From Octopus sinensis (lineage: Eukaryota), in assembly GCF_006345805.1 (NCBI RefSeq), contig NC_043013.1:21080001-21144000 (forward strand): a DNA stretch of 64,000 nt. Reading direction: 5' to 3'. The notes below the pieces were generated by a model that ran no database searches, was not told where the DNA came from, and saw only the letters and a program-made list of their open reading frames with translations. Within the stretch, counting starts at the first letter, position 1. Every line of letters begins with the position of its first letter. Made by a program: the position numbers and the translations under genes. Shown in pieces: positions 40,035 through 52,799 of this stretch.

Positions 40035-41324
40035 CGAGGGACGTTCAATAAGTAATGACTCTGACTCACTTGTAGTTGTTTGATCTAGTTGAAATATTGC
40101 ATGTGCAATTATTTATATCTCTATAGAGTAAGTGGCAAATTACAGCTCTGAATTAATTGTGGTTTCCGATTTACAGGTATTTGAACCGAGTCAAGTGTGA
40201 AATGGAGCCTGTTGAGTGTCGAGCAGTGATCCGGTTTTTGTATTTGAAAGGACGCACACCACGGGAGACTTTTGATGAAATGAAAGTAACTTATGGTGAT
40301 GATGCCCCATCATATGACCTTGTAAAACGCTGGCATCGTGAATTCAAACATGGTCGGAACTCTGTGGAAACAGCTCCCAGATCTGGTCGCCCCATCTGCC
40401 ATTGATGAGACATCTGTCCGTCAAGTTGAGGCTGCCATTTTGGAAGATCGACGCATAATTATTCGCCAAATAGCCCATGAGGTCAAGATTAGTACCGGGT
40501 CTGTGGAAACTATCATTCATGACCATTTGCATATGCAAAAGGTATCTGCCAGATGGATTCCCAGGTTGCTCACGCCTTTGCAGAAGCAAGAACGCGTCGA
40601 GTGCTCGAGGGGGAATTTGGAGATGTGCCAAGAAGATGAGTCAAAATTTTTCAAAAGACTGATTACACAGGATGAAACCTGGGTCCATCACGATGATCCA
40701 GAGACCTAAGCCCAGTCAATGCAGTGGAAGCACCGTGACTCACCCCCTCCAAAGAAGGCAAGGGTGCAGCCCTCCGCTGGCAAGGTCATGCTCACAGTCT
40801 TCTGGGACCAGGACGGAGTAGTGATGACAGATTTCCTGGCAAAGGGTACCACAATTGTAGGAGCCTATTATTCTTCACTTTTGAGGAAATTAAGAGAAGT
40901 TATCAAAATCAAGAGGCGGGGCAAGATCAGCAAAGGCATCTTCCTCCTGCAGGACAACGCTCCGGTCCACAACTCGCTTGTCGCCAGATCAGAAGCACAG
41001 GCGTATGGCTATGAACTCCTCCCCCATCCCCCTACTTTCCTGACCTTGCACCCTCTGATTTTCACCTCTTTCCAGTCATGAAGTTGTTTTTGAAAGGAAA
41101 GCGTTTCCCAGATGATGCAGCCTTGATTTCTGAAGTCACGTTCAGGTTGGAGGACCAAGCTGGGGTCTTCTACAAAAACGGTCTCCAGAGCTGCATCAAA
41201 CAATGGGAGAAATGCGTAACTCTGGGTGGTTCCTATGTAGAAAAATACTAATAACTGTGCCAAGTTTCGTTGCTCTACTGCTATGGGAAGTGGGTCGGGG
41301 GCATCACTTATTGAACGCCCCTCG
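40035..41324 (+). mobile_element. Full-length mariner (DD34D) element
   Basis: 37-bp imperfect TIRs (cgagggacgttcaataagtaatgactctgactcactt / aagtgggtcgggggcatcacttattgaacgcccctcg), TA on both sides, 1290 bp. Confidence 0.95.
40202..41251 (+). pseudogene. Mariner transposase pseudogene
   Basis: MEPVECRAVIRFLYLKG.., WIPRLL, ITQDETWVH, LQDNAPVH, PDLAPSDF motifs; frameshifts near 40390 and 41030, in-frame TAA at 40707-40709. Confidence 0.9.
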
Positions 41325-41559
41325 TAATATATAAATCTTACCTTGGATATAGTGTTTTTCCTTAACAGATGCTCTGGTATGAAGTATTCGACCCAGCAAC
41401 ATTGAAATATCTTCGGTGAATTCGAACTCAGAATCTATGAAATGGAAGCTCAATACCAACACCCAGCCATTTCACATCATACATATTATGCCAATGTATT
41501 ATCAATACATTTACAAGAGGCTTCCCTAATGAGTTTATCTACGGTGGGTTAAAGCCCAA

Positions 41560-42080
41560 TTCAAACCCAAATTATGTATCATTTCCAAGGAATACTCGCC
41601 CAAATTTCGCAAAATGAATCATAGATATCGCTTGCCCACTCTTTACCCTTGTCAAAATCACAACATGGAACTAGACCACCACACTGGACTATACACGGTT
41701 CATATCCCAACCAAGAAAAGATCCGATTCCTTCAACAACGAAATTCCTTCCAGGCTAAACTTATTAACTACCATCGACTACATTCCCCCTGTCTACTGAT
41801 ACAAGAAGCATTCAAAGTTTCATTCAAAAGCAAGACAATTTACAATCATCAATGTACTCATCATCAATCCTGTGTAGTACACAAGATCAGAACTTCAAGG
41901 AGATGCTATTTCTTTAATGGAGTACCACAGGTATGCATCCTCTGGCCTGTTATTTTCAATCTGTACCTACACAACCTTCTCTCACCTCCACAAACACATA
42001 TACAACTGCAGACAAACTTAACATTACCCTCACTTCCTTCCCAAGAAGCAGCTGCCAAACTATTCGAGTTATATTTAAAT
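41560..42080 (+). mobile_element. Degraded Jockey/I-type LINE RT fragment
   Basis: FNGVPQVCILWPVIFNLYLHNL corresponds to the GVPQGSxLSPxLFNLY motif. Confidence 0.65.
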
Positions 42081-42465
42081 GTTGATGTGTATGGAAAATT
42101 CTAGTTACAGTTGTCTACCGCTGAATATTGAAGGAAAGCCCTCCTTAAAAAATTATAGTTGCTTTCCAAGTATTCTAAAGAAAGTTTTATTTATTAATGG
42201 TTGAAATGAAATGTGTTTTAAGAGAGAACCTTCACAATACGAAAGTCAATAATGATATTTGCTCCAAATTTTAGCACAAGGCCAGAAATAGTGAGAAGAG
42301 AGAAGAAGTCGATACTATTCCATATTCTATCTCCCCCAGAGGTGGATGGAAAGAAACATTGGCGTCGGCAGGAATCCAACTCCAAACTTACACTTGGAAG
42401 AAATTTCACGAAGTATTTTGTCAGGTACGCTAATACTTATGCCAACTAGTCACCTGATAATAATG

Positions 42466-42529
<64 letters not shown>

Positions 42530-42531
<2 letters not shown>

Positions 42532-42880
42532 GATGGGCTACAACAAATATTCTGCTCAGTACCATAGACTTGTCAGTTGTTTGATCTTAGTCAGTCGAGC
42601 ATTCCGTTGGTTGCTGATTATAAGTGCCTCTCTTACCACGAGTAGAATTAGTGGGGGAGCATTATAGCCATGTGTTGAGAACAATTCTTTCAGGTTTGAA
42701 TTATTCACCTCTGAAAACATGGGTGTTTCACTCAACATCATTAAACAACCCTTATTCAGGGTCCTTTTGTGTAGGATGGGCTACTCTACCTGAATAAAAT
42801 TCTAACTGCCCTCCACCAGCATGGTTGCAGTCAAATGACTGAAATGAAGAAAAAAGCATAAAAGAGTAAAAGAGTATAAA
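42530..42880 (+). mobile_element. Interspersed SINE-like repeat with family A-type tail
   Basis: gtagaattagtgggggagcattatagcc...aaacaacccttattcaggg body ending cagtcaaatgactgaa..taaaagagtaaaagagta. Confidence 0.55.
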
Positions 42881-42955
42881 GTGGAGATCAACGCTGCCTA
42901 TCTCTTCGCGTATGCGTTGCCGCGACAGGACGCGTCTTGTTTAATTACCACGTAG

Positions 42956-43323
42956 TATGGCAAACGCAAAGCGCTTCAAGGACAGTCTCAAGGTCTCTCT
43001 CAAAGACTTCTCCATCGGCACAGAGACCTGGGAGACACTTGCTGCCGACCGCTCATCCTGGCGCAGCGCAATCACCACAGGAGCAGGGACAGCCGAGGAG
43101 GGACGGATTCGGTCAGCAGAGCAGAAACGCCAGATGCGGAAAGCCAGAGCCTCCTGTACCAGTAGCACGGCCCCTACCCACTTCTGCCCCACCTGTGGGA
43201 GGGGCTTCCTTGCCCGGATTGGCCTCACCAGCCACCTCCGGTCTCATGGCGGCAGTTCCACCAGATGATGTCAGTGGTCATCTTCGAACCCGAAGGACGA
43301 ACATTATTATTATTATTATGGCA
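42956..43323 (+). mobile_element. Young 5'-truncated RTE-clade LINE with C-terminal C2H2 finger; 7-bp TSD
   Basis: KRFKDSLKVSLKDF..WETLAADRSSWR..CPTCGRGFLARIGLTSHLRSH; GC-rich, uninterrupted frame; (ATT)n tail; TATGGCA at 42956-42962 and 43317-43323. Confidence 0.9.
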
Positions 43324-43829
43324 GCACAACCTAACAGAATCGGTCCTTTTACCTCTCTTGAACTGAAAGATGCGGCTATGGTAAACGACAGAATTCGATT
43401 CAGTGCATCTGATTTTGTTCCAGTTTCTCATCTTGAGAATATTGATTTATTTTCTGCTAACCTCAACAAACAAGATCAGTTAACAATTATTTTCTGCGGC
43501 ATATTTCTTCAGTCTTGTTCAAATTTTGTAATGTTAAATCTATTAGTTTTCGGTTTTAATTACTGCTAGTTATTACAATAATTTATAATCTTGGGAAGAA
43601 ATTTTTACGTTCATCTAATTCGACATCTCAGCAGGTACGCAGACAATAAAAGAGAACAATTGTAATTATTCGAAATTAAAGTAATAAATTTAATATAAAT
43701 GTAAAATATAATACTATTGTTAAGTACCGCTGTTATCTCTGCGCATCACAAGGTATCTAGGTACACAACTACAATTGGTTTTCATAATAAAGACTATTTT
43801 TCATCTAATTACTTTAGCTCTACTCTCTT

Positions 43830-44370
43830 CCTTGGTAAGAGTACCACTCGAGACGGAAGTCAGACAAGGAGACAATCTCTCCAAAGCTCTTCACTGCATG
43901 TGTCAAAAGGGTTGTCTTAAACATTCACAGGTAAGGGGGCATCGGCATAAGTTGTCAGTTACGAACAAACCTCTGATTTGCAACGATATCCACTTCTGGC
44001 AGAAATTTTGGGTCAGCTATAAACCATGCTGATAAAGCAGGACATCCAGAGTTCAACAGTAGCCGCTAACAAAAAAACTTCCGAAAACGAAGCGCGAGTC
44101 AAGTAGTGATAGCGTTGATGAACCTAAGAAGAAAAAAGCTCAATATTCACTTGGAGCTGTGTAGCAAGAGGCTTATTCACCAACCAGATGGTACCGGGTT
44201 CAGTCCCACTGCGTTGCAATTGAGCAAGTGACTTCTACAATAGACTCGGTAGAGACGACTCGAAAGACCTCCAAGACGATAGAGAGATGACATAGTTAGA
44301 CAATTTAGGCTCAAATGGGAGAGAAGAATACCTTCAAGAGAAGAATGCAGCGTCTTATGACCAGCATTGC
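43830..44370 (+). mobile_element. Degraded RTE LINE (RT core + C-terminus) interrupted by a SINE fragment
   Basis: VRQGDNLSK (VRQGDxLSP), NL*FA.DI (NLRFADDI), RPPRR*RDDIVRQF..W (RPPRRW). Confidence 0.7.
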
Positions 44371-44594
44371 AACATCTGATAGTTTGGTTGATAGAAAGAT
44401 TAAGAGATCCTTTTGTTTTTATCTACAAGCGTGTGCTGGTTCAGGACGTAAATCGTATACGTAATCCCTCGCCATATCACGGTTCACTGATCGCGGTTAA
44501 TTGTTCAAGCTTACGTCGATTCCTCCGTGGTGTTGTTTTGCATTTATAATAAGATAAATATATACAAAGTATAAACATAATAAAATATATACAG

Positions 44595-44676
44595 TAGAGT
44601 ATTGTTTCTACTTCGCGGATTTTTCATCGCAGGGTGGTTTTGAAGCGTAACACCCGCGATAGTCGAGGGATTACTG
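44595..44676 (+). mobile_element. Tigger/pogo-like terminal fragment
   Basis: ttcgcggattttt..cgtaacacccgcgatagtcgagggattactg resembles Tigger-type ends. Confidence 0.35.
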
Positions 44677-46694
44677 TGCTTGTAAAAATCTTAATATTAT
44701 TACACATCAAACTTCTACAGATTCACTTGTATTAAGTGTGAAAGTACGCATCGACCTCACTTTATGGAGACTCACTTGAACGAAAGGCAGATGTTGTTAA
44801 CACACATCTTGCCCATGCGCATTCGGTATGTTTTTGTTGCTCTCTTGATCAGTTTTATTTGGCAAACACAGAGCAGTATTCTTTTAGCCATATGGATAGA
44901 TAAAGTGAAACTCAAAACCCACTATTTCTAAACTTTTTTTCTATCTCGCATTTGTAGGACGGTATCAAACCTTCGCCTCGCTCTTTTCAACAACATAATT
45001 GAGTAGCATCACAGAACAGAATCGCCCGTTTGTCAACTCACATTTCAATCGTTTTAAATTACTTGTTTTTGCCTTGTTTCTATTTTCTGCCAGATAACCA
45101 AATATGTTATTTTCTTTTCTTTCTCATGGTCATATTATCCGTTCTCACCCTCCCACACGTGTCACTCAAATGGAACCAAAATATAAGGACACATGTATAA
45201 CGCTATTTCTCCGACATTAAGTCATGCATTTGACTTTAAAACCATAAAGATATACGTGTACTTAATGCATCTGCGAACATTGTTAACAACATGTTTGTTC
45301 AAACAAGCTCTTCATAATCTTTGGACAGGTGATACTTAACTACTTTAAATTATGATAGCACTTAACCACTTGTGGCGAAAAATATCTACACGCATCAAGT
45401 GATAGGCATAAATTAGTAATGTTTTCTTCCATTTTCTTTATTTTGTTGCTATCTCTGCACATCTATATTTTCTCCTAACCACATAATTGTCTTATTGTGT
45501 ACATTCCAGCTATGTCTAGTTTTATCGTGTTTATCATCTCTATCTATGTAGTTATCTATATTTATCGTCTTATTATGTCAATGTTTGAATGTTTTCAATG
45601 TATTTTTCATGTTAAGCTTTGAAATCATTCATATATTTCTGTCTGAAATTACGTTACTTTATTCAATAATCTACAAATATTGCATTTATTCATGCACATC
45701 ATATATATTTTCGAATGACTTGATATTCAAAATGCCGAATATATAAGTATAGAATCAATAGATCTCTAGATTCAGTTCCTTAAAGGATCAATAGTATCTT
45801 AAGGACTTTATTATCTGAAACACAAAACGCAAAATATCAGAAGGAACATTGTCTTGTGTGTCAGTATTAATATAATCATATAATGCTATCATACGAGGGA
45901 GTAGCAAACACTGTCACGTCCCTGCACATTGGAACATTCCTAATGAATGTCACTTTATTAAATCATATGTATATTATGCACACTTGCGATGAAGAGAGGC
46001 TTTTATTCCGAGTATTAAAGCTGTACGGAGATCCTCTTGTAGAATGTAATAGAAAACGGCATCTAGAATTGATAAAGTTGCCAAACAGAGAGGCTTATAA
46101 TCGTTCGTTTTGCCCTCTTAAGGTTTTTATTCTTTCCCAATCACTGCAAAATGAATGACATAACATATGGTTCAGTATTGTGGGGGCGGAGTAATGTAGT
46201 TATATACGCTGCAGTTAGTTTAGTAACATTTGCATTTTCTACCTTACATTCGCACCACTTGCACAACACAGTAAGAATAGCAACCAACCGTTTACATAGT
46301 GCTACCTTCATATGGGAAGAAATCTCCCTAATCAGTAATGTTACAAATAGGCTTAAAATATCAAACAATATCCAATCGTTTTGTTGCTCTGTACATTTGT
46401 GTAAATTAGAAGCTCTGGTAGAATATGTGTAGCGAAAAGCTTAGGGGAACTGACGACGACGACGACCGCCACCACCACCACTACATAATCGGTACTATGA
46501 CCACTGAGGTAAATTACAATGTGAGGTTTCCTGTTGAAATCATCATCATCATCATCATCTCCTCCACCTCCTCCTCCTCTTCCTCCTCGGAGTTCTTGGT
46601 CTTAATTGCTGTGGTAGATTCTGTAAGAGCGGACAGACACATGTTTATATTTATTATTATTATTATTATTATATTATTATTATTATTATTATTA

Positions 46695-47052
46695 TATTAG
46701 ACCCCCAGGACTTATTCTTTGTTGCCTAAATACTATTCTATCGTGCTTTTGCCGAACTGCTAAGTTACGGGTCGAGACACACCAGCACAATGCCAAGTGA
46801 TGGGGGGGCAACCCAACATATATATAATGTATGTAATATAGTATGTAAATATATATAGATATATATATATATATATATATATATGGTTAATATATAATAT
46901 ATATATATAATATATATATACATACATACATACACGACGGTTCCGTCTACCGATCCTCACAAGGCTTTGGTGCCCAAGGTGCACATAGTGGATGAAGCCG
47001 GAATCATGTCGTTAGTAAGCAAGTCACTTACCACAGATCCACTCCTGTGCCT
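46695..47052 (-). mobile_element. SINE family A, strongly degraded
   Basis: ccccaggacttattcttt, ttccgtctacc..cacaaggctttgg, cttaccac landmarks. Confidence 0.7.
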
Positions 47053-47789
47053 ATATATTCATTCAAAAATGGCTGAGAGAATACAGCTATATATATTAAG
47101 TCCCAGTAGAACTGATAGGAATTACTAAACAACTAAATCGTCCGTACCTTGTATGGAAGTTGTTCTATGATATGAAAAAAAAACTACTTTATCTTTACTA
47201 AAGTATAAATTTGACGTGGGTGATTGCTTAACATTAGACTAGAATGTTCAGACGCCATTTGAAGCGGGTATATTAACTACCGGCCTTGGCTAGATCTTAT
47301 TATATCAGTTCTTTCAGTAGGATACCGTAATTGTTTGGTGAGATTGAAGAAACCCACGCACAGCAATCTAGAACAGACAAGAATCATGTAATAATCTCTT
47401 AATGCATCATCGTCACTTAAAAAATTCCAAAACTGAACTTTGTACTACTTCTAAAAGGATAGGAATTTTCTTGGAGCATACTATTGAATTCCTTCAGTAG
47501 GATAACACATACGTACATCAAGGTTAACTCTAAAAATAGTAGAAAATCTCAGTGAAGCTATAATTCTAAGCTATTAACGGAGAGACTGCATGATGCGTAT
47601 TCTGCTCAATTAAAGGATAGAATTGTCAGCAATGATGAATGAATATTGTTAACATGGTATATCATAGCGATATTACATTACGGAATTACTTCACATCCGG
47701 CAACTTTACCGTTCTATTTTAACATTTCGCTAATTTTAAATCGTGTAACAGCATCAGTAAATTTTCACGAAAGGACGAAGAATAGATCG

Positions 47790-47831
47790 ATCGACTGACA
47801 GACAGACAGACAGACAGACAGATAGATAGAC

Positions 47832-47873
<42 letters not shown>

Positions 47874-47970
47874 AGATAGATAGATAGATAATAGATAGAT
47901 AGGTAGAGAGAGAGAGAGACGGCCAGATAGACAATAGATAACAGACCGACAGACAGACAGACGAGGAGAC

Positions 47971-48001
<31 letters not shown>

Positions 48002-48007
48002 AGAATA

Positions 48008-48050
<43 letters not shown>

Positions 48051-48143
48051 TCTAAATAGATAGATAGATATAGATAGATAGATATATAGATAGATCGATA
48101 GATAGATAGATAGATAGATAGACAGATAGATAGATAGATAGAT

Positions 48144-48182
<39 letters not shown>

Positions 48183-48190
48183 CGATAGAT
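47790..48190. repeat. Compound (GACA)n/(GATA)n microsatellite
   Basis: Direct observation. Confidence 0.95.
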
Positions 48191-48447
48191 ATGCACATCA
48201 AAGTATATATATGAGAAAAACTGAAAAAATTCATATTAGATAAAATCACACTGGGAGATTAAACAAGAATATAACCATATTTCGTTTTTTTTTCTTTGTT
48301 ATTGATGAGCGAAGGAAAGAGATATGTGAGGGAAAGATTCACGACCTAATGACCACTTTTCAAAGAAGGCATACGAGATTTCCCTCTTCAGTCAATATAT
48401 TTACATATTTTTATTGACCATTTATCTATTTATCTGTCTGTCTGTCG

Positions 48448-48488
<41 letters not shown>

Positions 48489-48750
48489 TAATATATTTAA
48501 TTTATGTATTGGCTTAAGTCTTTCTTTGTTTGATTTGCATAATAGTGGTTTTGTCTCTAATTTAATATATATAATATATAGTATATATGCACACACATAT
48601 GCAATGGTTCGGTTGTACACAAACTGTATGTATTAGTCGTAGGAAGTATGTTGCTCGATATATAACATATGAATAGAGGTAGACCTTATGGTGCGTGTAT
48701 ATATATATATATATATATATACAACATCACCCATATATATATATATATAT

Positions 48751-48817
<67 letters not shown>

Positions 48818-49421
48818 ATATATATATATATATGTATGTAATATATATGTATGTGTGTGTGCACATAAACAAGTTATTAGACGTCAAGCTTTCATGTATA
48901 TTTAATAAGCATCGAACACTTGTATATTTCATACATACAAAATGTGATCGACTAAAAATACGGGGATGAAATTTTCTTGATATAAAAGTGGCAGGATGAT
49001 ACATAATACAAAGACTGCTCAATACAGGGATACTTTAGATATAAAAGCTTGATGACAAACATCTAACATGCAATGATAATTATGGGAATTTCATAACTGT
49101 CGAAAAAAAAAATAGAATAACACTCTAGAGAATCTATCAAAGAAAAATGACAGTGTTGTTAGAATTCTTGAAATATTTCTCGGTAATGGATCGATTGTGC
49201 ATTTATAAAACAGGAAGCGTAACGACCAATAAATTGTTTATAATTTTATATCTTACCTAGAATAAGATCTACCTTTTGTACAGCACACATTTTGTAGTAT
49301 ATAGCAGAATATCTACACAAATACATGCATATATACAATTATATGTAAGTATATATATATGTATATATATATACACGTAAGCACATGCACAAAGACACAC
49401 GCACACACACATACATACATA

Positions 49422-49471
<50 letters not shown>

Positions 49472-49589
49472 GTGTGTGTGTGTGTGTGTATAACGGGAAG
49501 CTTTATGAAAATAAACAAAAGACGAAGGCAGGTGGAGTACAAACAAACAATTGTATTAGTATGGCACTCAAGAATATAAATAAAACAAG

Positions 49590-49627
49590 TCTTTTACGTT
49601 TCGAGCCTACGCTCTTCAACAGAAAGA
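49590..49627 (-). ncRNA. Minimal type I hammerhead ribozyme-like motif (copy 2)
   Basis: UCUUU-CUGUUGA-A-GAGC-GUAG-GCUC-GAA-ACGU-A-AAAGA: perfect 5-bp stem I, 4-bp stem II, palindromic ACGU stem III, GUA site. Confidence 0.55.
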
Positions 49628-49726
49628 TACACAGAAAAGAAACACGGAGAGAAACAAGGAAAGAAAAAAATGCGTGTAGAAGCTAGCGAATCAACATGGC
49701 GATCTATATATATATATATATATATA

Positions 49727-49769
<43 letters not shown>

Positions 49770-49823
49770 TATATATATATAGTTGGGAATTTCTTTTCTC
49801 CCTTTTGACTTTTCCAGTTCTGC

Positions 49824-49856
49824 TTTCTGAAGAAGAGCTATGCTCGAAACGTTAAA
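49824..49856 (+). ncRNA. Minimal type I hammerhead ribozyme-like motif (copy 3, canonical core)
   Basis: UUU-CUGAAGA-A-GAGC-UAU-GCUC-GAA-ACGU-U-AAA. Confidence 0.55.
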
Positions 49857-49985
49857 ATCTCTTTTTACTGAGCGTGAAACTAATACATTCCACGCATTAT
49901 CTATTGCCTGTTATTGTTAGATTCATTGTTCGTTTATATAAGTTGAGTATGTAGACAAATATATATGTATATATATATGTGTGTG

Positions 49986-50160
49986 TGTGCAGGAGTGGCT
50001 GGGTGGTAAGTAGCCTGATTGCCAACCACGTGGTTCCGGGTTCAGTGCCTCTGCGGGGCACCTTGGGCAAGTTTCTTCTACCGTAGCCTCGGGTCGACGA
50101 AAGCCATGTGAGTGGATTTGGTAGACGGAAACCGAAAGAATTCCGTCGTACATGTATATG

Positions 50161-50196
<36 letters not shown>

Positions 50197-50412
50197 TGTA
50201 TGTATGTATGTGTGTGTATGTGTGCGCATGTTTGTGTATCTGTGTTTGAAAATCGATGCTGGTGTGTAAATATTCCCGTAACTTAGCGGTTCGACAAAAG
50301 AGACCGATAGAATAAGTACTAGGATTACAAAGAATAAGGAATCGATTTGCTCGACTAAATGCGGTACTCCAGCATGGCCGCAGTTAAATGACTGAAACAA
50401 ATGAAAGAATAA
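49986..50412 (+). mobile_element. SINE family A, full length
   Basis: gcaggagtggctgggtggtaag...gcatggccgcagttaaatgactgaaacaa. Confidence 0.9.
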
Positions 50413-50415
50413 AAG

Positions 50416-50491
<76 letters not shown>

Positions 50492-50975
50492 GTATGTAGG
50501 TAGGTAGGTAGGTATGTATATATGTATGTATGTATGTATATATGACAAATATTGAATTAAAGAAACGCATACCAGCTCACAAAACCACAAGAACCAGATT
50601 GCTCAATCCCTGAATCCTCCACAAATATCACACTAACGCTATTGCACAATGCTGGGTTCCTTGTAATATCCCACCAGTACAAAGTCGCATGCCTGAGAGG
50701 TTCAGTTGCATGTAATCAAGCAATATGCATGAGATCTAACGGAAGAGCAACCGATGGCTGACACAGCAGACGCTGAATTACACATAGCGAACTGTGTCGC
50801 ATTTCTAACTGAAAGGAAAGAAAGATCTCATGGTAAAGTTGTCTTGCTTTCCCACTCAAACGTCTGTGAGGCACAGATGTCTCAAGCAAATTAAAATGGT
50901 GTGTGTACAACATATTGCCCACCTGATGCCCCAAATCACGGCCTCCTATTTGAAGTACTTCAAAACGTTGGAAGA

Positions 50976-51006
50976 TATATCAAACCCATCTTCTGTTTAG
51001 TTTATC

Positions 51007-51097
<91 letters not shown>

Positions 51098-51214
51098 TAA
51101 TAATAATAATAATAATAATAATAACACGGACGTCTAGCAGATGATGCTGCAGAAATTTGCTTCAATCTACCAAATATTGAACAGTTATATAATAAATTAT
51201 TATTATTATTATTA

Positions 51215-51256
<42 letters not shown>

Positions 51257-51284
51257 TAACTAAACAGAAGATGGATTTGATATA
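50976..51284. repeat. Foldback: 27-bp inverted termini plus (AAT)n/(ATT)n arms
   Basis: tatatcaaacccatcttctgtttagtt ... aactaaacagaagatggatttgatata (1 mismatch). Confidence 0.85.
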
Positions 51285-51453
51285 GTATTTATTTTGTACG
51301 ACGATCATTTAGACAATTCCTGCTACTGTCCTTTACGGGTGGGATTCTATGCATCATGGTTTGAATCTATTTTCCCTATGTGTGCATTCATTTCGCAGTC
51401 AAGGGTCACGTCGGGTAAATTCATGCATAAAGTTATATATATACGTCTATAAA

Positions 51454-52403
51454 TTGAGTCATTCCATAAATAATGCTGCTTTTTCAATGGCATGAACTAA
51501 AAATCGGAGAAGGACGGGATAAACTACCTTCATCAACTTGCTATTAAAAGCAGGTAGTAATTTTACCTTCTACTAATTCTTAGTGCAAGATCTGAAGAAT
51601 GCAGTGTGATTTTAACAGTTATTTTTTCAAGACTGTAAAGGAAGTGACAAAGGAGCATATTCGGCATATTTTGATTTATGAGTTGAATAAATGCAAGTAC
51701 ACCACGGATAGTGCAATTAATATTAATGCAGTATATGGAGATCGAATGTGCGCTTTTCTTTGCTGTCACGTCTCACGAATGAACCTTTTTGGACCGAATA
51801 GTAACTGGTGACGAGAAATGGGTTCTCCATAAAAATGTCAAGCACCGAAGACAGTGGGTAGAGAAAGGAGAAACACGGGCACCCCAGGCTAAAGAACGTC
51901 TTCACCCACGCAAGACGTTGTTATCTCTTTGGTGGGATATAAAAGGTTTAGTCCACTTTGAACTTTTGAACCCAAACCATACGATAACAAAGGAAATTTA
52001 ATGCGAGCAGCTTAACGGCTTAAGTCAGCACTAGAAGAAAAACGACCATCTTTCGTTTCAAGACAAGAGGTGTTCTTCCATCAGGATAATGCTCGGCCAC
52101 ATACAGCGAGGATGATATTCCGAAAGCTGGAGCAGTGTGAATGGAAAACAATGCCCCTCCCACCATATTTGTTGGATATTGCGCCATCTGATTATCATTT
52201 ATTCCGCAGCCTTCAAAATCATTTGGATGGAAAACATTTAAATTCTGTTGACGAAGTCAGAACAGTACTAGAGGAGTATTTTTCTTCACGGACAAAAGAG
52301 GAGCCTTGCAAGAAGCCTTTTCAAGAAGCAACGAGGTCCTGTGGAAGAGGGACCTTGCAAGTCCACCAGATAGTATAAAAAACCGCATTATGAGATGACC
52401 CAA
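51454..52403 (+). mobile_element. Internally deleted mariner element (second family)
   Basis: EVTKEHIRHILIYE, DRIVTGDEKWV, FHQDNARPH, DIAPSDYHLFRSL; TIR remnants ttgagtcattccataa / ttatgagatgacccaa|TA. Confidence 0.9.
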
Positions 52404-52499
52404 TATATACATAAGTGTGTGTGTGTGTTTGCGTGCGTGTGGGTGGGTGTGTGTGTGTAGGTGTGTGTATATGTGTATGTGCGTATATGTATGCCTTTC

Positions 52500-52794
52500 T
52501 TATGCTGGGCTCAAATCTCATTTTCAGGCCCATGAAAGACGAACCTCCACGAACTATTCTACCTATATAGCCGTGTACATCTTTCAATGCAATGTATGCC
52601 AGAAGGTTTGCAAATCTAACAAAGGCCTCAAAAGACATTTTAATATCCACAAAGATCAGAACTTAACTGCAGCTTTTGGTGACCCAAATCAGAAATGCAA
52701 TCTATGTGGGTATCTTTTCAATAGATTTTCTGGTTTAAAAAACCACATCAGACTAAGAAGACACTCGGGTTTCAGTTGCACAAGATCGCCTTGA
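52500..52794 (+). mobile_element. Multi-C2H2 fragment, probably an RTE LINE C-terminus
   Basis: GLKSHFQAH, CNVCQKVCKSNKGLKRHFNIH, CNLCGYLFNRFSGLKNHIR; no TGEKP linkers; the GLxSHxRxH style matches the RTE at 42956. Confidence 0.55.
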
Positions 52795-52799
52795 TTAAG

